From assembly GCF_026210795.1 (NCBI RefSeq), contig NC_089434.1, positions 1,736,001-1,800,000 on the forward strand: a stretch of DNA of 64,000 nucleotides, in the 5' to 3' direction. The translations under genes and the position numbers were made by a program. Below the pieces are notes generated by a model. The model was not told the origin of the DNA, did not search any database, and saw nothing but the letters and a program-made list of their open reading frames with translations. The stretch comes from Rhizophagus irregularis. Lineage: Eukaryota. This document shows, one piece after another, positions 40,252 to 51,101 of the stretch (its first letter is position 1; every line of letters starts with the position of its first letter).

Positions 40252-40689
40252 GTAAGTATAATTATAATAGTTCACCGGATGGACGTATGTGTAGGTGTAA
40301 CACTGCAGGGTTCACTGAAAGTCTTCCGGATGGTGAACTGTTATAATTGACATAGGGGTTTATGTGCTCGTAGTACGTACCATTTGCTACAGGCTAGTAG
40401 CTATCTGCTTTTGTGCACGAAGGCATAGCTACAATGATGCCATATAGGTGATCCCCAAGCTGATCCATATGGAAGGGAAGGCCAGGTTCCCGTTGGAAAT
40501 GACACATATCTCCTATGCCATGTCACTTACTTAGTAATTGTTATTGAATACTATATGAGTCCATTTACCATAGATCCTATGATGGTCACATGGGTGTCCT
40601 GGGGTTCCCTGCTTAGGCATAATTAACAGGGTGGTAAACCTCATATGGTATGAGGTGATAGTGACTAAAAAATTTTGTAAATTTTGTAG
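40252..40689 (+). ncRNA. Putative highly structured RNA within an intron-like segment (family unassigned)
   Basis: GTAAGT donor at 40252, TGACTAA at 40662-40668, TTTTGTAG at 40689. Long helices 40260-40276/40332-40348, 40351-40366/40503-40517 and 40531-40559/40640-40668 with nested hairpins and G.U pairs, all paired by eye. Confidence 0.55.
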
Positions 40690-43206
40690 GGCATGTATCA
40701 ATTCATTTTTTCTTTAAAATAGGTGTCTTAACGTTGGCGCCAGGTGAAATTCTTACTTCTTATGCAATTATGGCTATTAATCAGGGTAATTTTGAAGGGC
40801 AGTTGAAGATGTAAACTGGGATATAGATTTTTACTTCCATAGACAAATAGAACTCTTCATTTTTTCTTCTCTTTTTAGTTTTATTTTTAGTTTTTTTTCT
40901 TTTTATTCTTGTTGTTTTCTTTTTTCCTTTTAATTATAGATGTAACTATTCTTTCTTTTTCGTTTCTCATTCTGTTTGATGTTACATTTAATATCGACTT
41001 AGTAATATTATGTTATTTTGTTAAATATGTAGCTTTTTATTTAAATGAAAAAGAGATAATAAGTTTTTTACATTCATGATATCTTTATAATTAATTGGAT
41101 TTGGGAAAATTTTTGTGTATAAATGTATATGAGCGTATGAAGCTATATAGTACGTATATAAGATAATAAAGTACACAGACATAATTGTATTAGTGTAAAA
41201 AACATATAAACAATGGAAGATACGACTAAAATATATTTATTCTTTATTTTAGAATTTAAGCTGTCGGTATGTAATAACTCTATTCATATAAGAAAAAAAA
41301 ATATTTCGTAAACGTTAAAAAAAAATGAAATATATTCCATGAAAAAATTTTCAATAATTCAGATTTGAACACTGTATATCATTCTTTTTCTTCTTTCAAA
41401 ATAAACGTTCATTAAACTAGTTAAAACATATTCTTGAATATACCAACTTGTAGCATAAATAGATATGGTAATAATTAAAGCCTTAAATTCTTTGATTAAA
41501 TATACACAAAAATCCATAATGTATCTGTAGGATTATTAATCATGGCTGATTCAAATGATGTATAAAGTGAATAAGTGAATAAGTGAAACGAAAAAATTTG
41601 AAAAGATATAATAAAGGAACAAGGATTTTAAATTAAATCATTTTATTAAATGAATAATATAAGTATTTAAAAATATGAATATTTACTAACTCATTAAAAA
41701 ATATTTTCTGGTACTATATTGAGAATACACTTATTTGAACCCAATTTGTACGATATATGATGCTATTTCCTTTACATGTGTAAACTAAGAATGTGTTTAT
41801 AGATTTAAAATTTTAACCAGGTGATATTATTATTATGAAATAATCTTTTGTAGATTAAATGAAAATATGACTTCAAAAGTGTAGTAATGTCAGTTGTATT
41901 TACTAATATTAAAAAATCATATTACTTTCGTACTTTTCGTTAAAAAAAAGAAAATTGAATTATTTTTTGTTTTATTAATTGTAATCATAATTATATATCA
42001 ACATTATATAGAATGGTTATCGGTTCTATTTTTATTAATAAAAAATCAATCTTTTTATTTTTATTTTTCTAATTAAAAAAAAAATTTACTTTGTTAATTT
42101 GATTGTTAAATTGGATCTGTCCACATGATCACTTTTCAATAATAATTCCGCAGCTGAATCGTTACTGTGCGACCGTTGAATGATCATCACATGAACTGAA
42201 TCAGCTGATCAATGATAAATCCACAATCATTTGATATTACATTAGATATAAAATATTTCATTGCACCCACGAGTCAAAATTCAAGTTGAAGACTCAAGTA
42301 TCAACTCGAGTTATATAACTTGGGTACTTTTCAAGTCAGAAATTTTTCTTGACTCATTTTCCACATGTAAGTTTACATAAGGTTACATGGATTTTTGTAA
42401 GAACACAAGATTACAAACTAACAAATTTCCTGATGGAAACTAAAAATAACTAAAATATAAAGTCATAAAAGATTATTTTATCCAATTATGGTAAATTGTA
42501 TAGTATAATGAAAGAAGCCTTATATTCTTTGCAAGAACTATTGGTAATTGTGAACTTTATGAAATTATCATGACATAAACAAATTCTGTAAAAATATTCT
42601 TAACAAGAACATTTTATTAAGTAGAAATATAGAAATTTCAACAAAGTAATATCTGATATCTGACGAGACTAAACCAAATTTAGTGTGATTTGACCTTGGC
42701 CCAATTCGTCAATCAATGGTGAATTTTGCATTATAAAATTGTTAGTTCAATATTCTAGTTTGTGTTTATAAATTTATTGACACATAACAAAAAAACAATA
42801 GACTTTTTTATCTTGTATAAAATATTAAACTGTATGTTTAACAAATAAAATGAAATAAACAATATATTTATTAACAATTGGTTGTAAAAATAATACATTA
42901 AGTAACTAAATATGTTATCCCACTTTTCTAAAATTATTAATAAATTCCAGGCAAATATAGCCAGAATACAGTTAGAGATAAATACATCATAATATACTAA
43001 GAAAAACAGCCTAAAATCCGAATGGATAATATCAGGACGGTTTTCTGATATTAATAAGGCCAAAGTTTCTGAGTAAACGTAAATTATAATTCAATTTTGT
43101 ATGTTAAAACTTAACCTGACTTAAAGGAAGGTTACAACTCAAGATAAAGATTTAAGTAATTAATAAAAACTATTTATATTAATAAGTCAATTTATGATAC
43201 AATTTA

Positions 43207-45476
43207 TCATAATTCTAAAAAAAATGAGTGAATACAAATTAATAAAGAGTATATTTTTTTTTTATATTATTTAAAAATAATGATTATACTAACCATAAGG
43301 AATTTCCAATTTATTTTGTTCTTCCGAATGAAGGTTTGGATTATTATGTATTTCATTCTCATCTATAAAATATATTCTTTAATTTACAAATAATACAAAT
43401 TAATTAAATTTTGATAAATATTTTTCACATACCATTAATATTAATCATCGTTCCTTTCATTTGCTGTCGTATTGCTTCTTTTTTATAATAATCTCGTACA
43501 TCTTGTATTTAAATAAAAATCATTGAATATTAATGAAATAATAATATTATCATTATTAAATATTTTAGATGAATATATGATTGTACTTACCATAATTTAG
43601 ATTTACTTGTGACGTTTCAAATATTTGGGATAATCTTTTGCTATTAACTGAAATTATTAACATACAAATTAATGATTATATCATAATTTAATGCATAAAT
43701 AAAAATTAATTACCTTTAATAGAAATATCACCATTTTGAGTATTCAATTTATCAAAATCATCAACTAAAGTAAGCGTAAGTAAGTCGTAATACAATAATT
43801 TTATACATATAAATAATTACTTACTATTATCAGGAATAGTAAAATCATATGATTTACTATAATATCCTATTTGCATAATATGATTTTAAAATTATTTATA
43901 TTAATAAAATCTGACGAACTTTAAATAAAAATTATCATTACATACCTTCTTGTTCTTCTATTATTATAAATAGTAAAAAATTAAGATGTTAAATAATAAT
44001 AAATTTATTAATAATAAGAAAATAACTATACCTTCTGTTGCATTCCTTGGTTCAGGCAAATTTTCAAATTTATAAATACCACTTGAAGACGACCTATCAT
44101 TTATATAATTTGTTTCTAAACCATTAATTTTATTTATCTTTGGTTGTAATAATTCATTTTGCATATTTTGAAATGATAAATGAATTTCTCTTATCTGCTT
44201 CTTGAGCGTCTTTATATTAGGTCTTTTTAATGGATCGGCATTCCAACATTGTTTCATTAATATCTTATATTCTAAAGGAGTTGCTGATACAATTTTTGGT
44301 CTCATACCGTTAATAATCTTCATTGCAAGGTTATAATCATGTTCATGATCTATAAATGGTGGTTGTCCGGATGAAATTTCCCACATAAGCATTGCAATAC
44401 TATATATATCAGATGCAAAAGTATATTCGTTTCCAGCGATTATTTCAGGTGCTATATAAGGAAGATTCCCATATATACTCTTTGACGATTTATCGGCGGG
44501 TCCACAGAATCCAAGATCACTAATATACCAATAATCATTGAATTGTGAATATAATATATTTCCAGAATGTAAATCTCTATGAATTGCATTTTCTTTAAAA
44601 ATTTTATAAATTGCATTAATTATTTCATAAATAATTTTAATCCTTTCTTTCCATGTAAGCTGATTGTGATTTTGTTGTAAATATTTTCTCAAATCAAAAT
44701 CCATTTTTCTCATTACAAGCATATAATTTCCATTTAATAGATCTTGTGTTAAACCGTAACATCGAACAATATCTTCCCATTTATTGCTTATAGTTAAGTG
44801 TGATTTAGCCTATATAGGGATTTAAAATTTTTTTTAATTAATAAAAATATAATGAATTTTAAATAAACAAATTTAGATAACGTACCTCTTCAAACCAATT
44901 TCGATTTGCACATTTAACATTTTCTAATCTCTTAAGTATAACCTTATGAGTTCCAAATCTTATTAATTGTTGTTTTTTAGAATCCCATTCTTCATATTTT
45001 CCATCAATCCAAATTGCAGTATAAATTTCGGAGAATCCACCTTTTGTAAGATATTTAATATCTTTTAAATTATTATATGGAATCCATTCAATTATTTTAC
45101 TTGGTATGAAAGTTTCCATTTGACATTTTTGTATTAAATTATCAATATCATTATTTTCAGATGTCCAATTTGAAAATTTTTTTTTTAAATAATTTCGAAC
45201 ACAATATTCACAATATGATGTAGCCAAACATTCTTGATTACAATTTTCACATATTCTTTTTGTTCCTGAATTATATATAATTTTATCTCGATCATAAAAT
45301 TTATATAATATTTTTATCGCTTCAGTTTTTTCATCTTCCGTAAGAGATTTATCAGATAAAAGTGTTTGTTCATAAAATTTATATTGTTTGTGTATGTCAT
45401 TGTGAATATTATAATCAGTTGACGTAAATGCTTTCATACCCGCTGTATAAACTAATTCATATCGAATATTGGACAT
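43207..45476 (-). CDS. TKL-like protein kinase, copy K4 (multi-exon; closest to K2)
   Basis: ORFs 44859-45476 and 43964-44722 show the same exon series. Introns and flanks align with K2. Confidence 0.9.
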
Positions 45477-46853
45477 AATGAAAAATTTTTCAATTACAAA
45501 TTCAATTAATATTATTAAATTGATATACGGTAAAAAATGAGCGAAATTTTAGAGTCCGTTCAGTAGAATATCCGATTTTGTGTTAATCCGGATAAAACGG
45601 ATAATTAAAAAAAAATTCCTTTACAGTGCCGGCCCTAAATTTTATAAATCACGTGACTTCGGATAATAGTTTGGACGAACTTATTCTACTTTACTCTGGG
45701 TTCAAGGTTATTATCCTAGACCCTATGTATAAATAATTTTTTTAAGTATCTTTCCCGTGATAGTTCAATTGAGGTCTAGGTTATTATCTATTTTAAGGAC
45801 ACTCAAATAGCTTAGCAACCGGAATATCCGTGTAAAATACGGGGTTTTTAATCAATTTATATTCTATTCCGCAGTAAATTCCCACGATCTAGGATCAGAC
45901 TTTCACCAATTTCTTTCTTTAGCAATTTATTTACTACTCCTTGTATTCTTGTAATACATTTAATTTATTTCTTTAAATATTTTAAAATGGAGATCTAATT
46001 TTGAACAAATTTCATTCAATAATAAAACTTTAAGTAATTTACGTGTTACTTATTTGTCGTACTACATCTTTGTGAATTAATTATGTTGATTATGATTGGT
46101 AAACTTTTTCTTTTGTTTGTTTACGCAAATTTCTTTATAACATTGAATAAAGAAACAGACAACAATAATAACTTTTTTTATTGTTTATATCTTGCATGCA
46201 TTGTAAATAACTTTATTAAAAAGGAAAAGTAAAAGCCAATTTCATTGCATTGCTGAAAATATGGTCGAGTGGATTTTATTATTTATTATCAATTATCGTT
46301 ATTTTTATACATTTTATTATTTATCAATTATCAAGATAATGAATATTTCGTAACATACTGTACATGACAGATTAGAAGTCAGGATTAAAATATATATGTA
46401 AATATTAAGTTTTATGTCAATCACTCAATTCAGTCCGGCGCAAGCCTCTGTATCGGATAATGTTGGCTTAATCCTGAACAGAATGATTTATTTAAGAATT
46501 TATCTGCGTTGTCGATAATACTATCATCGTTGCAAATATTATATTTTCGAAAATGACCGATTTTGCTTATGTTATATGTATATATACACACACTTTTAAT
46601 AATAAGGTTTCATTCTTTATACCTGAAAATATTCAGGATTATTAGATAATTAGTTTTCTGATAGACTGATTTAGAAGATCTGGACGAATGTGTAGATAGA
46701 GAAACTGTGGTTGACTTACATGAAATAGTTCCCTCATTAATTAGTGAAAAGGTCCGAGGGGAATAAAGATTCCTCCTATTCATTTGAGACAGACTCATCC
46801 GAAGATTTTGATTCAGTTGAGACAATCGTGGTAAGAGAAAAAAAGGCTATCCC

Positions 46854-47327
46854 TCATAAGCAACGAAGGAAGGCACGACCGAGAAAGGTTAAGCGATTGA
46901 TGGTTTGAAGTGGGCCGAGCCAGAGGGGTTCGAAGAACCAGGTGTTTGCATGATCATTGGTAATTTTTATTGGACTTATTCTTATGTTTATGAAGATCAA
47001 CGTCAGGATAATGCTAGGTTCAGAAAATTTTTCTTCTAATAAAATCGAGACAATTGTATCTTTCGTTAAATCTAAAACATCTTTATTCACAATGTCTACA
47101 ATCATAATTAATCCAAAGGGATACCCAGCCTCCGTTATCAGTAAATACCGATTCTGAATGAATTGAGAAATTATTACTCCGGAGCCTAATATATTTTTCT
47201 CATAGTTTTTATGGTATGCGCCATCAGCTAATATTTTGAGAGGATCTTCATAAATATACATTTCTCCTGCAAATCCATCCAAGTCGCTTGGATAAATGAG
47301 AAGAATACGTCTTTCTAATCGATTCAT
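46854..47327 (-). CDS. Hypothetical protein, intronless, in a higher-GC island
   Basis: 157-aa ATG-initiated ORF; no motif recognised. Confidence 0.4.
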   Translation of the reverse strand: MNRLERRILLIYPSDLDGFAGEMYIYEDPLKILADGAYHKNYEKNILGSGVIISQFIQNRYLLITEAGYPFGLIMIVDIVNKDVLDLTKDTIVSILLEEKFSEPSIILTLIFINIRISPIKITNDHANTWFFEPLWLGPLQTINRLTFLGRAFLRCL

Positions 47328-48036
47328 ATTTTAAAACATGTAAGTTCTATACTTAGATTTCAAATTGATATGCTATTCCGGAGCTGTGATCATCAGCTCG
47401 GAAGATTTATTGCTGAACTGAACCACATGCATGTACTCCTGTGCGACAAAATAGATTGATCACCGGATAGGGTCTGTGCGACATAATAATTTTCAAAGAA
47501 AATATATATGCTAACTACCTCTATTTTTTTCCCACACAAACATGAGAAAAATGTAAAAGAAAGTCTACACGCAATACAGGACCTACCGTAAAAGTAAATA
47601 TTGACGACAAAAGCATATGTTATGAAGAGCTAAGGGACTCGCAATTTCAAGATCTACACGAATTAGCCAACTTTGAGTCTTGCGGGTAGATCTCCATGTG
47701 AAAAGGTATGAAGATTCCATATACATGTGCTTTCATAGAGCTCTTGGCATCATACGACAATGCTAATCACTTTTCTTATCTCCTTAACTTTTCCCCAGCA
47801 AGATATAAAGCATGAAAGAACTCGTGGAAGTTCAGCCAACCTTCCCGCAAAAATATTCCCAAAAAAATAACGTAAAATAAGGTATGTATATACCAGAGGT
47901 TACGCTTGATGAGAATGAAAGTTTCTCACTGTGGCCTTGTATTTAGGAAATCAAGATGTCTTCCAGTGTAGATAATGAATTATAAGTCTTAACTTCCGTT
48001 ATCGTAATGCAGGAAATAAAAACGTAATTTTCGTGA

Positions 48037-48328
48037 TTGAGATTTCTAAGGATAAACATGTCTCTGATTATTGAAGAAGAAGTAAGAAAGAAGTTAAAGA
48101 AGTTAGGGCCAATCAATCATAATGACTTTCTCTGTCAAATTTATCCTGAGGAGAGCCTATTTGACGACATTCTTCGCAGAATAAAAAATATGGGTCCAGT
48201 TGTTGACAGAAATGAGGTTATGCGCTGTGAATATATTTCAACAATTCTTTACACAGCTGTCAGTCTTCTTAAAGATTTGCTTATCTTACCTCAGATGACA
48301 GTAACAGGTGCTGAAAGTTCCGGTCGTG
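48037..48328 (+). pseudogene. Crinkler-type REase-fold domain, N-terminal half
   Basis: DDILRRIKNMGPVVDRNEVMRCEYISTILYTAVSLLKDLLILPQMTVTGAESSGR; breaks where the family normally continues VDYAIK (family recognised from memory). Confidence 0.65.
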
Positions 48329-49571
48329 ATTTAATTTACAGTATATTCTATAATTAGACACCTCTAGTTTAACATAAAAATGCCACAACTCTGTCAACAA
48401 TTTTATTGTTAAAAAGGAGCTTCGTTTGGCCCAAAAGATTCAAAAGCTCCACGTTATTGTGCTACGCATAAGCCAATTGGTCATGTTAACGTGAAGACAC
48501 AGTGTCAAGAAGATGGCTGTTATAAGTTTCCTCATTTAGGTTTCTCTAGCTCAAAAGCAACTTCATGCGTCACTCATATGAAAGATGGAATGATTCACTT
48601 AAGGGTCAGAAAATGCTTAGAACCTGGATGTACTACACGCGCGGTTTTTAATGTTGTTGGCTTAGATAAGGGCAAATTCTGCGCTAAACGCGCTAAACAC
48701 AAAAAACCAGAAATGATTGATATCCAAACTAAAATTTGTAAATATTCGGGTTGTCAAAAAAAGGCGCTCTTTGCTGTAGAGGGTCATCACAAACTTTCTG
48801 TGGTCAGCATAAGCAGGATGGCATGATTATTATTGCAAGCAGAAAGCGCGCACACTCAGATTGTTATACTCGTCCTTACTTTAATGTCCTGGGAAAGCAC
48901 AAGGCCAATACTGCGCTAGACACAAAACAGCTGGTATGGTTGACGTAGTAAATCGGCGGTGTGAAAAAGCTTGTTGTATGACCATACCGACTTTTAATCT
49001 TTTGGAGAAAAAAGTGCACGTTTTTGCGAAGCCCACCGAAACCCTGAAATGGTTAATGCTGTTGGCCCGAAGTGTAATAATATTAATTGTCAAAAAAGAG
49101 CACTATATGTTATAAAATGTCACGATGCTTCACACATAAAGATAAAGGTATGATAGCACAATCTTCACGTTTATGCATGATCTCAGATTGTAAAAAGCCT
49201 GCTACTCACGGACTTTCTAACCCAATTAGGTGCGAAAAACACTCCACAGATAATATGGTTGATCTAGTCCAAAAAATATGTTCTAATTGTGGATTACTTG
49301 ATATCCTTTTACAGGATCAAAAGTGCGCTGATTGTAGCACTTATACTAAAGCGAAAGCAAGAGCACGTTTGGCAAAGCAACTTCGAGTGAAATATATTTT
49401 AGACGTGAACAATATTCTATACGAAGCATACGATTCCATTGTAGAAGATTGTGTGTGTTCAAAAAAGCGTTCAGACTTTGTCATTGATGCAGACACACAT
49501 AAAGTTGTACTGGAAGTAGATGAGTATCAACACAAGAAAGGGGAATATAACTGTGAGGTAAAAAGAATGTG

Positions 49572-49806
49572 ACGGATGAATTTCATAATAAAATTAATGA
49601 AGAAATCGTTCATCATAACATCATGTTGTAGCACAACCCGCTTTTATCATTCTAAGTAAACTTGCCCTTAACAATGCTACAAAAATTGGAGAGGCAAGCT
49701 TATCCGAGGTATATACGACGTACGCGCCTGAATTTACTTCCACACTTATATACTTCAGAGAAGCTATTTACGGCATACGGGTCTAATTTTACCTGTATAC
49801 TTATTC
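49572..49806. mobile_element. 235-bp insertion splitting the endonuclease at R-M|W-D-I
   Basis: Bounded by TGTG on both sides (49568-49571, 49807-49810); removing it with one TGTG restores AGA ATG TGG GAT ATT. Confidence 0.7.
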
Positions 49807-49863
49807 TGTGGGATATTGCGCAAGCACTTGGCATCCCTACTCTCTTTATTCGCTATAATCCTG

Positions 49864-50359
49864 ATAGTTACGAAATGTTCAACGGAATTACAAAAGATAG
49901 TAATGATAGGGAGAGAAAACAAGAATTGTTATATGCTTGAGCGATGCAGTAAAATCGCCATCTGCTGAAGAATTGTCGTGAGGAAACATGCTGACGAGAG
50001 AAAGTATCCTGAAAATGGAGGAAGTTTATTATAGTTACGGAATGTTCAATGGAATTACAAAAGATAGTAATGATAGGGAGAGAAATCAAGAATTGTTATA
50101 TGCTTGAGCGATGCAGTAAAATCGCCATCTGCTGAAGAATTGTCGTGAGGAAACATGCTGACGAGAGAAAGTATCCTGAAAATGGAGGAAGTTTATTATA
50201 GTTACGGAATGTTCAACGGAATTACAAAAGATAGTAATGATAGGGAGAGAAATCAAGAATTGTTATATGCTTGAGCAGTAAAATCGCCATCTGCTGAAGA
50301 ATTGTCGTGAGGAAACATGCTGACGAGAGAAAGTATCCTGAAAATGGAGGAAGTTTATT
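49864..50359 (+). repeat. Three tandem copies of a 167-bp unit
   Basis: Copies start at 49864, 50031 and 50198; nearly identical, with the third missing 5 bp. Confidence 0.95.
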
Positions 50360-50877
50360 AAAAAAAGAACAGTTTAATAATAAGGATGATAATATCACTC
50401 TCCCTTCTACACAAAAGTTGCTAGGATCCAGAATTCCTTCGAGTTGTCTATCTGTTCTATGATGGATACGATAGCACTAAGTACAAGATAACGACTATAT
50501 CAGAAGTTTGATTCAAGAATGAAATACATGAAAAAGCAGATAAAGCATTATGAATTTGTATAACTATTGTGAAATTGACCCAAACAAACATTTTGTTTCT
50601 GTCATGTTTTTCTGTATTTCTGTGATGCAATAAATTTTTTTTTTAAAATCATCATTAGTGAGAAGGTTATGAACAATTTTTTTCCTGAGATCTATAATCG
50701 AAAGAAGGGCGTACACTCGTTAAAATAGCATAACACATCAGTTTAGTAGTGATCGTTTAACGGACACATGTTTCCGATATCCTACTGCGCATTTTTCAAC
50801 AGGTGAGAAAATGTCTCTAGCAATCTTTTTTTTTGCTTTGCATCACTATTTTCACTAACTCGGTTCACAATTTCTTA

Positions 50878-51101
50878 GCCACGGACTGGTATTTCATCCT
50901 ACATAGTACCGAAGGTATCTACTGTACAAGTAAGACTGAGTATCGAATCTTACTAACGGAAGACGCCATCAAAAATCACGCAAGAATGTGAAGAGGGTTT
51001 TTGAAATTATAGTGTTTGCCGTGTTAAAAGATAGGGTATCGGATAGTGAAGAACCCGCAAATAAGAAGCGCCGTGTAGAAGAGATAATCAAGAAAAAATA
51101 A
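50878..51101 (+). pseudogene. Crinkler-type REase-fold domain, C-terminal half
   Basis: ATDWYFILHSTEGIYCTSKTEYRILLTEDAIK, then a frameshift, then RKNVKRVFEIIVFAVLKDRVSDSEEPANKKRRVEEIIKKK-stop. Confidence 0.7.

Larger units (their letters stand above)
48380..50511 (+). pseudogene. Cys-rich repeat (EsV-1-7-like) plus PD-(D/E)xK-type endonuclease, NCLDV-like; disrupted
   Basis: Repeats of C-x4-C...A.F...C..H...M across ORFs 48491, 48751 and 49087. Then KRSDFVIDADTHKVVLEVDEYQH...CEVKRM/WDIAQAL...LFIRYNPD...VVYLFYDG. Intronless; contains stops, frameshifts, an insertion and a tandem triplication. Confidence 0.75.

Noticed and set aside
42270..42356. Imperfect foldback GAGTCAA...ACTCGAGTTATATAACTTGGGT...TTGACTC
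   Set aside because: Short and imperfect, with no TSD or second copy; insufficient to call a MITE.
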